From IMG/VR virus record IMGVR_UViG_3300025133_000020: DNA of 64,000 nt, one strand, 5' to 3'. How positions within the stretch are numbered: the first letter of the stretch is position 1; each line of letters starts with the position of its first letter. The position numbers were made by a program, and so were the translations under genes. Below the pieces are notes generated by a model. The model was not told where the DNA came from. It ran no database searches and worked only from the letters and a program-made list of their open reading frames with translations. Below are positions 8,925 to 19,206 of the stretch, in pieces. The stretch is from a virus (Duplodnaviria > Caudoviricetes).

Positions 8925-10361
8925 TTATATTTGACTATTTTCTCTTATCATTCGTATAACGTCTTGTGGAACACCCACAAGACTTAATATCATTGCTAAT
9001 TGCGATGAAGCTAATTCTTTCGCCATCTCTACAGCGTTGGCTGCGACTAATCTCATAATGTATTTAAGTACCTTATCCAATAGGGCTTTTATAATTAGGT
9101 CACGAATACGTTTTACTAAATTCTCCAGTAGGGTTTTATTCTTACTTAAGAAATCTACTGGGTCTAAGTAGTCATTGTTTTGACCATATACTACCATGTA
9201 GTTGATTAAAAACACTACTATAACTTTAGGGCTTAGAATTGAACTTACGATTGACTTAATTATTTTACCAAACATTAGACCAATGAAGCTAAGTTCAACT
9301 GAGTATTCATCCACAGGGTCACTAGCCCCTTGGTTAGCTGTTTCCAGTGCCATACTATTAATACTGGTACTTATTATCTCACGCTTATCAATCATGGATG
9401 GTGGTGGTATAACCGTTAACTCTTCTTTCATATCGGTAAGGTATTCGATAGGCATACTAACGTCCACGTCACCACATGTTTTAAGCTGTCTAACACCCTT
9501 TCTCCTGTTGGTTGCCGCTTCCTTTATGTTTTGTATTTGAGGGTTTGAGAATTCGAAAAATGAATTATCTATTACACTATCCTCATCAGCGTTTATTATA
9601 CAGCTTATGATGGAATCCAATTTACCTTCCATCTCTAATTCTGATTCTGATTTATTAACGTTTCCTTGAACCGCTATGGTACCGAATAAACTATCAATGA
9701 TATTAACTATCAGGTCTTCAGAAGCGAATAAACTAAGACTATCAACAAACTTGTTATTAAGGTCGGTAAGGTTACCTATATTGGGGTCTGGTCTGAATAC
9801 GATTGAGTTAGGTTCGGTCAACGCATTCTGACTAAAGGTGGCATCTAATAAGTTTTCACCAGTGTTCGGGTCAGACCATGTATGGGTAACCGTTTCATCC
9901 TGTATCGTATAGTATAGGTACGTGTTATAATCCGTAGATGTAAATGTAGATGGTATATCGTTGAACATCAGACCACCAGCTTGTGTAACTGGGTTTATTT
10001 TCATGATACTCAGGAAATCTATTTTCTTAACAGGTATCTCAATTCCGTTAGTAGTAAACCATGTTGGTAGACTTGGGTCAACCCCACAGGCTACAAGACT
10101 CTTTAATTCCACTTTTAAGGCGTCCTTAACGACTATCTCGGCTTCTGAGGTGGCATACACCAGAATATCGACCAAAGTGTCTCTAACCTCTTCGTAGCCC
10201 ACTAATGATTTAAGTAGGTCAACAAGGAAGTCCTGTACGTTACCATCGTTATTAATCGATGGTATCGAATTGTTTAGTTTTAGTTCTGGAAAATCATTGG
10301 TGAGTGTTCGTAATGCGCCAATACCTCCAAAAACCTTTTCTTTTTGGTCTACTATTGCCAT
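8925..10361 (-). CDS. Hypothetical protein, probably structural
   Basis: 478-aa ORF in structural operon. Confidence 0.7.
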   Translation of the reverse strand: MAIVDQKEKVFGGIGALRTLTNDFPELKLNNSIPSINNDGNVQDFLVDLLKSLVGYEEVRDTLVDILVYATSEAEIVVKDALKVELKSLVACGVDPSLPTWFTTNGIEIPVKKIDFLSIMKINPVTQAGGLMFNDIPSTFTSTDYNTYLYYTIQDETVTHTWSDPNTGENLLDATFSQNALTEPNSIVFRPDPNIGNLTDLNNKFVDSLSLFASEDLIVNIIDSLFGTIAVQGNVNKSESELEMEGKLDSIISCIINADEDSVIDNSFFEFSNPQIQNIKEAATNRRKGVRQLKTCGDVDVSMPIEYLTDMKEELTVIPPPSMIDKREIISTSINSMALETANQGASDPVDEYSVELSFIGLMFGKIIKSIVSSILSPKVIVVFLINYMVVYGQNNDYLDPVDFLSKNKTLLENLVKRIRDLIIKALLDKVLKYIMRLVAANAVEMAKELASSQLAMILSLVGVPQDVIRMIRENSQI

Positions 10362-10756
10362 TAGTCCTCAGTATCCGCTTCTTTATCTTCAGCCTTAGCT
10401 TTCTCCATAATCATTTCTCGAATACTTGAGAGAGCTTCATTACTTACTTTACTGTCAGCAGGGTCATTCAACTCCGCTTTAAGGTCACCAGCATGTTTAA
10501 GGCTATCGTTTTGTAGTTTAGCCACTTCCATTTTAACCTTAACATTATCCGTCTTGGTTTTAAGGAAATCTATTTTAGCTTTAGCTACCTTAGCGTGGTC
10601 GTCCACATCTTCTGGTTCTGCCGCAGTTGTGATATTATTAATACCTTCTTGGGCTGACTTGATGTTACCACAGGCTTCGTTGTATACTTCTTGGAGAACC
10701 CCTTCAAGGCTCAATAGGTTGTTTACTTTAACTACTTGTTTTTTTCTTCTTGGCAA
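10361..10756 (-). CDS. Helical hypothetical protein (TTG start inferred)
   Basis: TTG-PRRKKQ after late motif at 10787. Confidence 0.65.
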   Translation of the reverse strand: MPRRKKQVVKVNNLLSLEGVLQEVYNEACGNIKSAQEGINNITTAAEPEDVDDHAKVAKAKIDFLKTKTDNVKVKMEVAKLQNDSLKHAGDLKAELNDPADSKVSNEALSSIREMIMEKAKAEDKEADTED

Positions 10757-10786
10757 AATTTCTAAGTTTTTAGTTTGTGTTATACT

Positions 10787-10795
10787 AATAAATAT
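10787..10795 (-). promoter_or_regulatory. Putative late promoter ATATTTATT
   Basis: Heads the structural operon 10756 to 7317. Confidence 0.6.
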
Positions 10796-10812
10796 CAAAG
10801 AAATTACAATTT

Positions 10813-11556
10813 TTAGTATATCCCTTCGTCTAAGCCCTTTATTTTCAGTATATCGTATAACCCCTTGAAGCGTTTCATCGCCAGTCTAATATCTTTAGTT
10901 GTTAGACCAGTATGGTTTCTCATGGTCTCAAGGATTGCTATTTTATTGTATTTACTACCCGTACTCACATGGGAGAGAACTTCTTCCCAGTTATCCAAGA
11001 TATCAATCAATGCGTGACCGACCAGACGTTCATTCTCATTTAGTTTCTTCTTCCCAGTATTCTCACCCTCTTCCAATTCAACTTTAATCTCCTGTATCAG
11101 TTTCACCATGAATTTATCCACGGTGAAATCGTCATGGTTCTTAATCTCGTACTGGTAATCATCTTGGGTCTCCAGATATGAACTCACATCATCAAACGAT
11201 GCGTATTTCTTCATATTCTTATCTTCATTCTGGACTTGCCCCAGAACATACCGTTTTATAATCGTACCATAATAAGAATAAGCTTTTTTGTTTCTACCAC
11301 CGTCAAATTTATCTGCCTTCATCATTACGTCTCCCAGCGCATCCATGTGCTGTTGTTCGAATGTTAGACCTTTCCGATAGAGCTTGTACGTTTTAATGAT
11401 GTATTCCACCATTTTGTTCAGAGGCTCTCTGAGATGTGCGTTGTAAATACGAGTCCGTTCCATTTGGTCATCGCATGCAACATATAGTTTAACAGCTTCT
11501 TCTTGTTCAGGTCCGAAATAAGGGTCTTTTTTCCTTTTCCGTCCTCTCTTAGCCAT
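10813..11556 (-). CDS. gp55: Phage sigma factor, T4 gp55-like (late transcription)
   Basis: KFDGGRNKKAYSYYGTIIKRYVLGQVQNEDK resembles the sigma region-2 segment of gp55-type proteins. Confidence 0.7.
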   Translation of the reverse strand: MAKRGRKRKKDPYFGPEQEEAVKLYVACDDQMERTRIYNAHLREPLNKMVEYIIKTYKLYRKGLTFEQQHMDALGDVMMKADKFDGGRNKKAYSYYGTIIKRYVLGQVQNEDKNMKKYASFDDVSSYLETQDDYQYEIKNHDDFTVDKFMVKLIQEIKVELEEGENTGKKKLNENERLVGHALIDILDNWEEVLSHVSTGSKYNKIAILETMRNHTGLTTKDIRLAMKRFKGLYDILKIKGLDEGIY

Positions 11557-12380
11557 TAGTCAGTTGTTTTCTCGTATGTTATCTTTCTATCTTCACTCCA
11601 GAAATATTCTTTCTTAGCTTTCTGCATCCACCAACGCGATTCAACATCATCCATCTCTTTCCTATAGGTATGGAATAACGAACCTTCTCTTAGGTTAACA
11701 TGTTTGTATCCGATTCTTGGTATAACCATCGTCTTAATACCACTGTGAGTCATCCTTAATAGGAACTCATAAATGAAGGTCAATTTGATTGAAGGTTTGA
11801 AGCCACCAAAATCATCGACCACCTCTTTCTTCATCACAATACCATCAGTATTAAAGTTCTGATACCTTAGTAAAGCGTCCGTGTCTAAGATACCCATCTC
11901 ATCAGAGAATTGGTTAGCCCACACAGCTTCGTTGGTACCACCGATATAGTTCATCTTAGTCTTGTCCTTCACATCTATGGCAACATCTGCAATCATAGGC
12001 ATAAAGATACCCACCTCTGGATAAGCCTCAATATACGTTATCGCATTCTTGAACCAGATATTGGCGTATTCATCATCGTATTCCAAGATTGAGAACCATT
12101 CCGTTTCAACCGCTTCAATTCCGAAGTTAACTTGAGTACAGAAATCAGTTTCACCATCATTCTCTAATACCGTAACTGGAAAATCCTTTGTGAATTTCTT
12201 CTTCTTAAGTTCTTTAGCTACATCACTACCCTTTGGTGTTACAATTAGTACCGCATCAGGTTGAGTTTGTTGTCTCACAATACTCTCAAACGCTACATCG
12301 AACATTTCCCTTGTCTCATCAGTCAATTCATGTACTGGTAAGACAACTGTAATATTACTCTTTGTTTTCTCTTTACTCAT
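11556..12380 (-). CDS. Glycosyltransferase family 2
   Basis: ITVVLPVH start; LEYDDEY DxD-like motif. Confidence 0.85.
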   Translation of the reverse strand: MSKEKTKSNITVVLPVHELTDETREMFDVAFESIVRQQTQPDAVLIVTPKGSDVAKELKKKKFTKDFPVTVLENDGETDFCTQVNFGIEAVETEWFSILEYDDEYANIWFKNAITYIEAYPEVGIFMPMIADVAIDVKDKTKMNYIGGTNEAVWANQFSDEMGILDTDALLRYQNFNTDGIVMKKEVVDDFGGFKPSIKLTFIYEFLLRMTHSGIKTMVIPRIGYKHVNLREGSLFHTYRKEMDDVESRWWMQKAKKEYFWSEDRKITYEKTTD

Positions 12381-12391
12381 TTTATTCGTTT

Positions 12392-13549
12392 TTAGTCATT
12401 AGCGGCTTGAGTAGCAGCTTTCTTATTATTTTCTTGTAGAGTAGAAATCTCCCCAATTCTATTCTCCACTAACTTACCATAAACCTCTTCAATCTTAAGT
12501 CTCTGAGCTTCAGGAGTATACACACCTTTACTGGTTTCCATATTTTCCAATATTTCAGAAGGTACGTTATCTTCTAACCACAACTTCAAATACGTTGCAA
12601 TCATCTCTGGCATCGCATGTTGCGTGTTAGTCCAAACACCGTTGTTCTTAATGGTTGGGTTGTTATCAGCATCTCTAGTTTCCATCCACTCTGGGATGAA
12701 TTCTGGCATCTTACCGATTACTGGTGTATCAGATTCGAACGCTTCCAATGGGAAGGTACCGAACCCAGCAGTATCATCAATCCATACCGCTAAACAAGAT
12801 GTACCTAACTCTTCAGCAAACGCTTTACGAGATAAACCTCTCATTTCTCGGAAGGTCACCCACTTATAAATTGGGTATTGCAGATAGAAAGCTTTGGCAA
12901 TCTTAGCCGCTTGTCCGTTATCCCTACATAAGATACTAACCATAGGCTTCTTAGGCTTATCGCTAGGCTTGAAGTATTCTGGAATACTCACAGGTACTAC
13001 CATCGTATTAAGTGATGGGAATAATGATTTAAGGTATTCACCTTGTCTAGCACTTGTAGTGATAGCATCGTTGAATCCAAACTCACTGTTCCACCTTTTA
13101 CCTAATGGTAACAATTCCAATAGGTATGATGGGCTTTGACTGAATACCACCTTCTTACATGGGAATGCTTTTACTTGTTCCATGATGTTGGCAAAAATCT
13201 CTGGGATAAGGATAAAGTCACTTGGCTTAATCTGTAGTTTTTGATTCTGGATTGAGATGTGGCTTAGTTCGCCATACTCTTCACCTAACCAATCAACCAG
13301 ACCCATAGACCCGTCTTCCCCACGTCTTAGTTTATAATCATCATGCTCGTGGATGATGTGAGCTTTATAGCCCAGTTCATTCAACACTTTAACGTGTTCG
13401 TAAATGTTAGCCACACCAGCAGTTGGGTTACCTTTGGTGTCTAGCGTAAAGAAGTAAAAATTACTTTCTTTGTTCTTAAGGTCCTTTAGAATGTCATCTA
13501 ATGATTGCCCTTGTGCGAATTCTTCTTTTGGTTGTTCTTGATTTTCCAT
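12392..13549 (-). CDS. GT-B (GT4-like) glycosyltransferase
   Basis: GFGTFPLEAFESDTPVIG matches the GT4 C-terminal motif region. Confidence 0.75.
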   Translation of the reverse strand: MENQEQPKEEFAQGQSLDDILKDLKNKESNFYFFTLDTKGNPTAGVANIYEHVKVLNELGYKAHIIHEHDDYKLRRGEDGSMGLVDWLGEEYGELSHISIQNQKLQIKPSDFILIPEIFANIMEQVKAFPCKKVVFSQSPSYLLELLPLGKRWNSEFGFNDAITTSARQGEYLKSLFPSLNTMVVPVSIPEYFKPSDKPKKPMVSILCRDNGQAAKIAKAFYLQYPIYKWVTFREMRGLSRKAFAEELGTSCLAVWIDDTAGFGTFPLEAFESDTPVIGKMPEFIPEWMETRDADNNPTIKNNGVWTNTQHAMPEMIATYLKLWLEDNVPSEILENMETSKGVYTPEAQRLKIEEVYGKLVENRIGEISTLQENNKKAATQAAND

Positions 13550-13551
13550 AT

Positions 13552-13872
13552 TTAATCTTCAATATATTTAATTATTCCTAAGTCTTCCAATGTCTCGAAA
13601 GCCAATTTATAGCCGAAATACGTATCATCTAACATAGTTTCTACGTTATTAGCGACCTTTGCCTCAGACAATAATAAGATGTCCAATAACTTGTTAATCA
13701 TTTCGTATTTGGTTCCGTCCAGTGTTGCTGCCCGTTCAAATTCTCTGGTTACCACAACCGTATTTTTATCGTCAGTGGTGGTAGTCTCAGTCTCCGTTAG
13801 TTTACCTTCAATTGGTGGTATCGTTACCAAGGCGTTAACCTTATCAAAATCTACTATGTATCTATATTTCAT
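13552..13872 (-). CDS. Hypothetical protein
   Basis: 106-aa ORF, operon-coupled. Confidence 0.7.
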   Translation of the reverse strand: MKYRYIVDFDKVNALVTIPPIEGKLTETETTTTDDKNTVVVTREFERAATLDGTKYEMINKLLDILLLSEAKVANNVETMLDDTYFGYKLAFETLEDLGIIKYIED

Positions 13873-14462
13873 ATTTCTACGCTATTAAAAATTTTGTCGT
13901 GAACATCAGTAGTTTCAATAAAATCCATTAATGTTGGATAGGCAAAATCCGCTACCGTGTCATGATTATATGATGCGTCAATTTTAACGCTAACCTTACC
14001 TTCTGGCTTTGAGTTCATGGCTATTGGGTTTGCCGTTACCAGCACGTCCACATAATCCCACATATCTTCATACTCGTTGACGAATTTGATTTCAGGTATC
14101 TCGCATTCCAGTTTGGACAAAAAGAAAAGGGTCGCTGGTATCGCTCTACCCACAGCCCTACTAATTATCATAACCTCAACACCTTCCTCTTCGTCAACCA
14201 TATCCATATTGAATATGTTTAGCGTACTCATAATGTTATCGTGTAAATGGTCTGGATGACCAAACAGTTCTAATGATGATTCCTCATAGAACATTTGATA
14301 CATTTCCTGTTTCGAGTCAAACTCGAAATATCTTACCAAATCGAATTCTGTGACCGTACTAAATGAAATGTCGTGGGTTCTCCCTCTATACTTATCTAAC
14401 GTATAGGTCAGGTGACCCATGAAGTCTCTTATTACTTCGTCTAGTGTTATTCCTATCTTCAT
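13869..14462 (-). CDS. HAD-fold 5'(3')-deoxyribonucleotidase-like protein, degenerate motif I
   Basis: KIGITLDEVIRDF versus canonical xDxDGV. Confidence 0.65.
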   Translation of the reverse strand: MKIGITLDEVIRDFMGHLTYTLDKYRGRTHDISFSTVTEFDLVRYFEFDSKQEMYQMFYEESSLELFGHPDHLHDNIMSTLNIFNMDMVDEEEGVEVMIISRAVGRAIPATLFFLSKLECEIPEIKFVNEYEDMWDYVDVLVTANPIAMNSKPEGKVSVKIDASYNHDTVADFAYPTLMDFIETTDVHDKIFNSVEI

Positions 14463-14466
14463 ATAA

Positions 14467-14497
14467 CAAGAATAGGTAGGAAAACACCTAAAGTAAA
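14467..14497 (-). promoter_or_regulatory. Promoter TTTACT-N17-TATTCTTG, near-leaderless
   Basis: 17-nt spacing; only a few nt to ATG. Confidence 0.65.
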
Positions 14498-14498
14498 G

Positions 14499-15395
14499 TT
14501 ACCAAGTAAATTTTTCTGAAAAAAAGTTTCTCACCCCTGAAAATAACCCTTCTTGCTTTATAATTCTAGGTTCAGGTGGTGTAGGTGGAGACCCTTCTGG
14601 AATAACCCTAATTTGAGGTCTAACAGGGGTTTTAACCTCTTTAGGTTTAATATCGGATAGGTCTGGAATCTCTTGCTTAGGGTAGTTATTCAATAACTTA
14701 CCGATAAGTGGGTTTCTTACGATGTCTGAATGTTTGAATTCGTAGAACCCAACTTCATCTAATTTACGGTGTCTGGCGAATAGGTCATATAACCCACTTT
14801 GTCTAACATCATTGTATCTATCTGATTGGTCTAAGTCACCAGAGATAATCATCTTACTGTTATACCCAATCCTACTTAAGATAGTTTTACATTGGCTTGG
14901 TGAAAGGTTTTGAGCCTCTTCGATAATGATAATTGAATTGTCCAAAGTCTTACCCCTGATGAAACCTAACGCTTGTATCCATAGGTAATCATTCTCTTCC
15001 AACTTCTTACGGTTAGCTTTACCCATAATCTTATCCACAATATCCAGAGATGAAGCCAAATATGGTTCCAATTTCTCTCGTATCGTTCCAGGAGTAAACC
15101 CAAGTTTCTCTTCTGCATCCACGGCTGGTTTTGATATGATTATTTTTTTATAGGAGTTACTACTATTCTGTAATAATTCAATAGCTCTGGCGATAGATAC
15201 GTATGACTTTCCAGTTCCAGCAGGTCCTGCCGCTACTATGATTTCCTTATCGGTTATTAATCTTGAGAATTCCTTCTGCGCTAGATTTTTACATTTTAGT
15301 CTGAATCTCGAAGGTAATAGTTTGTTTACTATTGACCCAAATTCGCTTTCCTTATACTCCACATTCCTTGCACTCTTTCCGTTTGTCTTAGCCAT
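14499..15395 (-). CDS. phoH: PhoH-family ATPase
   Basis: Walker A GPAGTGKS, FIRGKTL, EEAQN, SGDLDQSD. Confidence 0.93.
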   Translation of the reverse strand: MAKTNGKSARNVEYKESEFGSIVNKLLPSRFRLKCKNLAQKEFSRLITDKEIIVAAGPAGTGKSYVSIARAIELLQNSSNSYKKIIISKPAVDAEEKLGFTPGTIREKLEPYLASSLDIVDKIMGKANRKKLEENDYLWIQALGFIRGKTLDNSIIIIEEAQNLSPSQCKTILSRIGYNSKMIISGDLDQSDRYNDVRQSGLYDLFARHRKLDEVGFYEFKHSDIVRNPLIGKLLNNYPKQEIPDLSDIKPKEVKTPVRPQIRVIPEGSPPTPPEPRIIKQEGLFSGVRNFFSEKFTW

Positions 15396-15412
15396 TCATT
15401 ATAACTTTTTTC

Positions 15413-15421
15413 TATAAATAT
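15413..15421 (-). promoter_or_regulatory. Putative late promoter ATATTTATA
   Basis: Motif upstream of phoH. Confidence 0.55.
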
Positions 15422-15432
15422 TCGTCAGAACC

Positions 15433-16365
15433 TTAAAGTCTGACGTTAGGGTACTTTTCATTAAACCAGTCAATGGTCTCCTTCAACCCATCATATAATG
15501 GTGTGAATTCGAAGTCAGGTACTAAACTCATTAATTTACTATTATCCGTAGGTTTTCTAAACTGCCCATCAGGATTCTCTTCCAACCATTTAACCTCACC
15601 CTCAAATTCCATTAACTCTACAATCATCATAACCACATCCTTTATCGACACCTCTTCCGATGTTGATAGGATTATTGGTTCCTCACCTTCATAATTATCC
15701 AATATCCACTCCGTTAGTTTAGCCACATCCTTGTTGTATATGAACTCTCTCAATGGTTTACCTGAACCCCACACCTCAAATGGTGTACCATCACGTTTAG
15801 CTAAGTAACATTTATGTATCAAAGCTGGAACCACATGAGAACTCTCTAAGTTGAAGTTATCATTGATTCCGTATACGTTGGTAGGTATAACACATTTATA
15901 GTTCAACCCGTATTGCTCCCTGTACGCACGTACCTGTACCTCTGCCATTCTCTTAGCGTATGCGTATGCATCGTTGGAGTAATGTGGAGGACCTAAATGA
16001 ATCTTATCCTCAGTAAGTGGGTATTCCACGTCATCTGGGAATATACACGTTGATAGGAATACCACCATGTTCTTAATCCCATGTATCCTTGCCGCTTCTA
16101 TGGTGTTGGTGTTAATCATGATATTATCATAGAAGAATTCACCCTTATGGGTCATATTGTAACCCACACCACCAACCTTGGCAGCACAATGTACTATTCT
16201 ATCTATTGGTTCTTCATCCACCATATTTAAAGCGTAGTTATACACTACAACATCAGCGAATTCCCACCTTCTTAAGTCACATTTGGATGTCACCTTTACA
16301 ATATCGTCACCTTTAAATTGTGACCCAATTAGTCCGTTAGAACCTGTTACTAATAATCTACCCAT
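15433..16365 (-). CDS. fcl: GDP-L-fucose synthase
   Basis: TGSNGLIG, HCAAKVGG, FLSTCIFP, YAYAKR, PTNVYG, SHVVPALIHK, WGSGKPLREF. Confidence 0.95.
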   Translation of the reverse strand: MGRLLVTGSNGLIGSQFKGDDIVKVTSKCDLRRWEFADVVVYNYALNMVDEEPIDRIVHCAAKVGGVGYNMTHKGEFFYDNIMINTNTIEAARIHGIKNMVVFLSTCIFPDDVEYPLTEDKIHLGPPHYSNDAYAYAKRMAEVQVRAYREQYGLNYKCVIPTNVYGINDNFNLESSHVVPALIHKCYLAKRDGTPFEVWGSGKPLREFIYNKDVAKLTEWILDNYEGEEPIILSTSEEVSIKDVVMMIVELMEFEGEVKWLEENPDGQFRKPTDNSKLMSLVPDFEFTPLYDGLKETIDWFNEKYPNVRL

Positions 16366-17332
16366 AATAGTCTATCCAATAATCAATCATCTCATCCAAC
16401 ATACTTTCAAAGTCGTATTCGTGTATCCAACCCAATTTTTCCTTGGCTTTAATAGAATCACCTTTAAGGTGAGTTAATTCTTCTGGTCGTAAGAATTTGG
16501 GGTCACATTCTAAGTAGTCGTTATAATCTAATCCTAATTTTTCGAATACATATACCACAAGGTCTAATACCGAATGGGATATACCCGTAGCACATACAAA
16601 ATCATCTGGCTCATCCTGTTGTAACATTAACCACATGGCTTTAACATAATCCTTAGCGTGTCCCCAATCTCTGGTAGCTTCTAGATTACCTAATGTTAAT
16701 TTGTCAGTCATACCCAGACTAATCTCAACCGCAATCTTCACAACCTTATTGGTTACGAAGTTTATACCACGCCTTGGTGATTCATGGTTGAATAAGATAC
16801 CGTTTGAAACGAACATTCCGTATGAGTTTCTGTAGTTCCTACAGATGTTATATGCGTACACCTTAGCGCACCCGTAAGGGCTTACTGGGTTAAGTGGTGT
16901 TCTTTCCCTCTGGAACCCATCAGCATCTATATTATTACCGAACATCTCACTTGATGAGGCTTGATACATCTTAGCGTCTGGACAAGCTATCCTGATAGCC
17001 TCTAAGAGGTTCAGAACACCTAATCCTGTGGCTTGTGCTGTATAAACTGGCTGGTCGAAGCTTATCCTAACGTGAGACTGCGCAGCCAAATTATAAATCT
17101 CATCTGGTTTGGCTTTGGCTAACACTTTGATTAATGATGCCATATCAGTCATATCACCATATTCCAAGTGTAGCTTATCCATAATGTGGTCAATCCTACT
17201 GGTTTGATTCTCAGATACAGAGTTTCGTTTAACGACTCCCCATACTTGGTATCCCTTCTCCAATAGTAATTCAGCCAGATAACTTCCGTCCTGACCATTT
17301 ATCCCCGTTATTAGTGCTACTTTTTTACTCAT
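16358..17332 (-). CDS. gmd: GDP-mannose 4,6-dehydratase
   Basis: ALITGINGQDGSYLAE, NLAAQSHV, QASSSEMFG, SPYGCAK, FNHESPRRG, RDWGHAKDY. Confidence 0.97.
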   Translation of the reverse strand: MSKKVALITGINGQDGSYLAELLLEKGYQVWGVVKRNSVSENQTSRIDHIMDKLHLEYGDMTDMASLIKVLAKAKPDEIYNLAAQSHVRISFDQPVYTAQATGLGVLNLLEAIRIACPDAKMYQASSSEMFGNNIDADGFQRERTPLNPVSPYGCAKVYAYNICRNYRNSYGMFVSNGILFNHESPRRGINFVTNKVVKIAVEISLGMTDKLTLGNLEATRDWGHAKDYVKAMWLMLQQDEPDDFVCATGISHSVLDLVVYVFEKLGLDYNDYLECDPKFLRPEELTHLKGDSIKAKEKLGWIHEYDFESMLDEMIDYWIDYYG

Positions 17333-17904
17333 TTAATCTTCAAATATGTTAGATAATTTTCCCCACCATTTCTACCCTCTGGGTTAGACCCATCATACGG
17401 TAAAATTTCAAACGATTCTACGTAATCTGGAATTTTACCAGCCTCATCCAACATCGAAATCGTTGGGGTTGCTGGCATACCGAAATGGTGTAGCTTGTCG
17501 GTAGGTACATTATCATCGAACATAACATGTTTAAACCCAACCTTGTATGCCCACTTAAGTCTTTTCTCTTGATTGATGTGGTCATCGAAATAAATTAAAT
17601 CGTTAGCCTTTGGTGAATACTTATCAATATCTCTTTGGATATCATAATTATGGTAACCTATTGACTTATCCCGCCAATTCAAGCCAGCGTAGTTAATTTC
17701 GTATGAATGTAGTTCACTATCAGGGTTCTGTTGTTTAAATAACCATAAACTGTTACCCGTAAAACTTCCAGATTCTATGATTAAACTTGGTTTCAACTTA
17801 TCACAAATCGCATATAGATGTTTTAATTTCCACACACAACTAGCCCCACCATTTACCCTTTTATCTGGTCTACTTTTTATTATTTCCTCTAACGTCTTAC
17901 CCAT
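17329..17904 (-). CDS. Putative SAM-dependent methyltransferase-like protein
   Basis: IIESGSFTGNS motif-I-like, FDD; in glycan cluster. Confidence 0.45.
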   Translation of the reverse strand: MGKTLEEIIKSRPDKRVNGGASCVWKLKHLYAICDKLKPSLIIESGSFTGNSLWLFKQQNPDSELHSYEINYAGLNWRDKSIGYHNYDIQRDIDKYSPKANDLIYFDDHINQEKRLKWAYKVGFKHVMFDDNVPTDKLHHFGMPATPTISMLDEAGKIPDYVESFEILPYDGSNPEGRNGGENYLTYLKIK

Positions 17905-17905
17905 T

Positions 17906-18517
17906 TTAATCTAGCTTTATTTTTTCAAACACTTGAACATTTCTTTTATGGTTCACGTTAATTTCATTTGACGCCTTTCGTATCTTTTCCGTCATTTCTG
18001 GGTTAAATTTAAACCCACGTTTTGGGAATTCACTTCTCCAATCTTCTTGGTTCCTACATGCTATATGCCCATGACCGAATTGACCCATTCTAGCCGCAGA
18101 GAATACGATGAACTTATTCGACTTTTCACATAGGAAGTCGAATATATCATCATGATACTTTCTATCAATGTGTTCCATCACTTCCATACTGAATACCAAA
18201 TCGTATTCCCTGTTATTAATCTTCTCTGGGATATCGTCTTTAGTTATATCGAATTCGAATTGTATACAATCACGTTCTTCACTAAACATCCGACTATCCA
18301 TCTTCTCTGGCTCAATGGCATGTACCGTAGCAGCACCCTTTGATGAGAAGTAGTTAGAGTAGAACCCAAGACCACAACCAAACTCAAGTACGCTGGTAGG
18401 TTTTAGGTTATTCATTATCCACCCACAAATACCATTATTAAATGTATGTGCCCCGTTCATTCTTAAATGTGCATCTTTTGACCAATGCCCACCATCACTT
18501 CCTTTATTCGAATCCAT
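17906..18517 (-). CDS. Class I SAM-dependent methyltransferase
   Basis: VLEFGCGLG, YDLVFSMEVMEHI. Confidence 0.88.
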   Translation of the reverse strand: MDSNKGSDGGHWSKDAHLRMNGAHTFNNGICGWIMNNLKPTSVLEFGCGLGFYSNYFSSKGAATVHAIEPEKMDSRMFSEERDCIQFEFDITKDDIPEKINNREYDLVFSMEVMEHIDRKYHDDIFDFLCEKSNKFIVFSAARMGQFGHGHIACRNQEDWRSEFPKRGFKFNPEMTEKIRKASNEINVNHKRNVQVFEKIKLD

Positions 18518-18522
18518 TTTGT

Positions 18523-19206
18523 TTATATTTTAAAAAACCCTTCATTATTTGCTTTATTGGTTGGTATGTTATTATGTGAGTGCCATATGGTTATAGGACC
18601 ATGACCCTCAGTATGTAGACCACCCCTAAAATTCCAAGATTTGGTTAAGACATACGGATTAATACCTAAACCTTCAACAGCATTGGAAAACCCACATTGG
18701 TCTTGCATCGTGACACATTTATCATTATATTTAGACCACTCTTTAAACAGTTCCCCAGTTAACTCACCTTTTTTGTAGAAGAACATCCCACAATTATAAA
18801 CAGGTTGTTTATCATTGATTGGGGTTATACTATCGTGTGATGTGGTTTTAAAAAATTGTTTTGAGTAATAAGCGGGGGCGTGACATATAGCCAAACCGAA
18901 CTTATCAGCCTTTTCGAAGCCGTAAGTTAAATCCCCATTAACCACGGTATCACTATCTAAATGGAGTGTGATATCGAATGGTGATAATACTAATGATTCC
19001 GTTCTTCTGTGCCACCCGAATCTCTTCTTAGATACGGATTTTATCACTACATCAAATAAAGCTTTCTTTGGGTGGTTGGGTGTTTCTGTTATCCACGCAA
19101 TTTTAATACCCTCATTATGCTTCCTAATAGATGCTACTGACCGTTCCAAATCATTAGGAAACTTGTTACCAAAACTATAATACACTACACCGTAATTATC
19201 TTTCAT
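18523..19206 (-). CDS. GT-A glycosyltransferase (GT8-like)
   Basis: LHLDSDT, YNCGMFFY, QDQCGF. Confidence 0.7.
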   Translation of the reverse strand: MKDNYGVVYYSFGNKFPNDLERSVASIRKHNEGIKIAWITETPNHPKKALFDVVIKSVSKKRFGWHRRTESLVLSPFDITLHLDSDTVVNGDLTYGFEKADKFGLAICHAPAYYSKQFFKTTSHDSITPINDKQPVYNCGMFFYKKGELTGELFKEWSKYNDKCVTMQDQCGFSNAVEGLGINPYVLTKSWNFRGGLHTEGHGPITIWHSHNNIPTNKANNEGFFKI

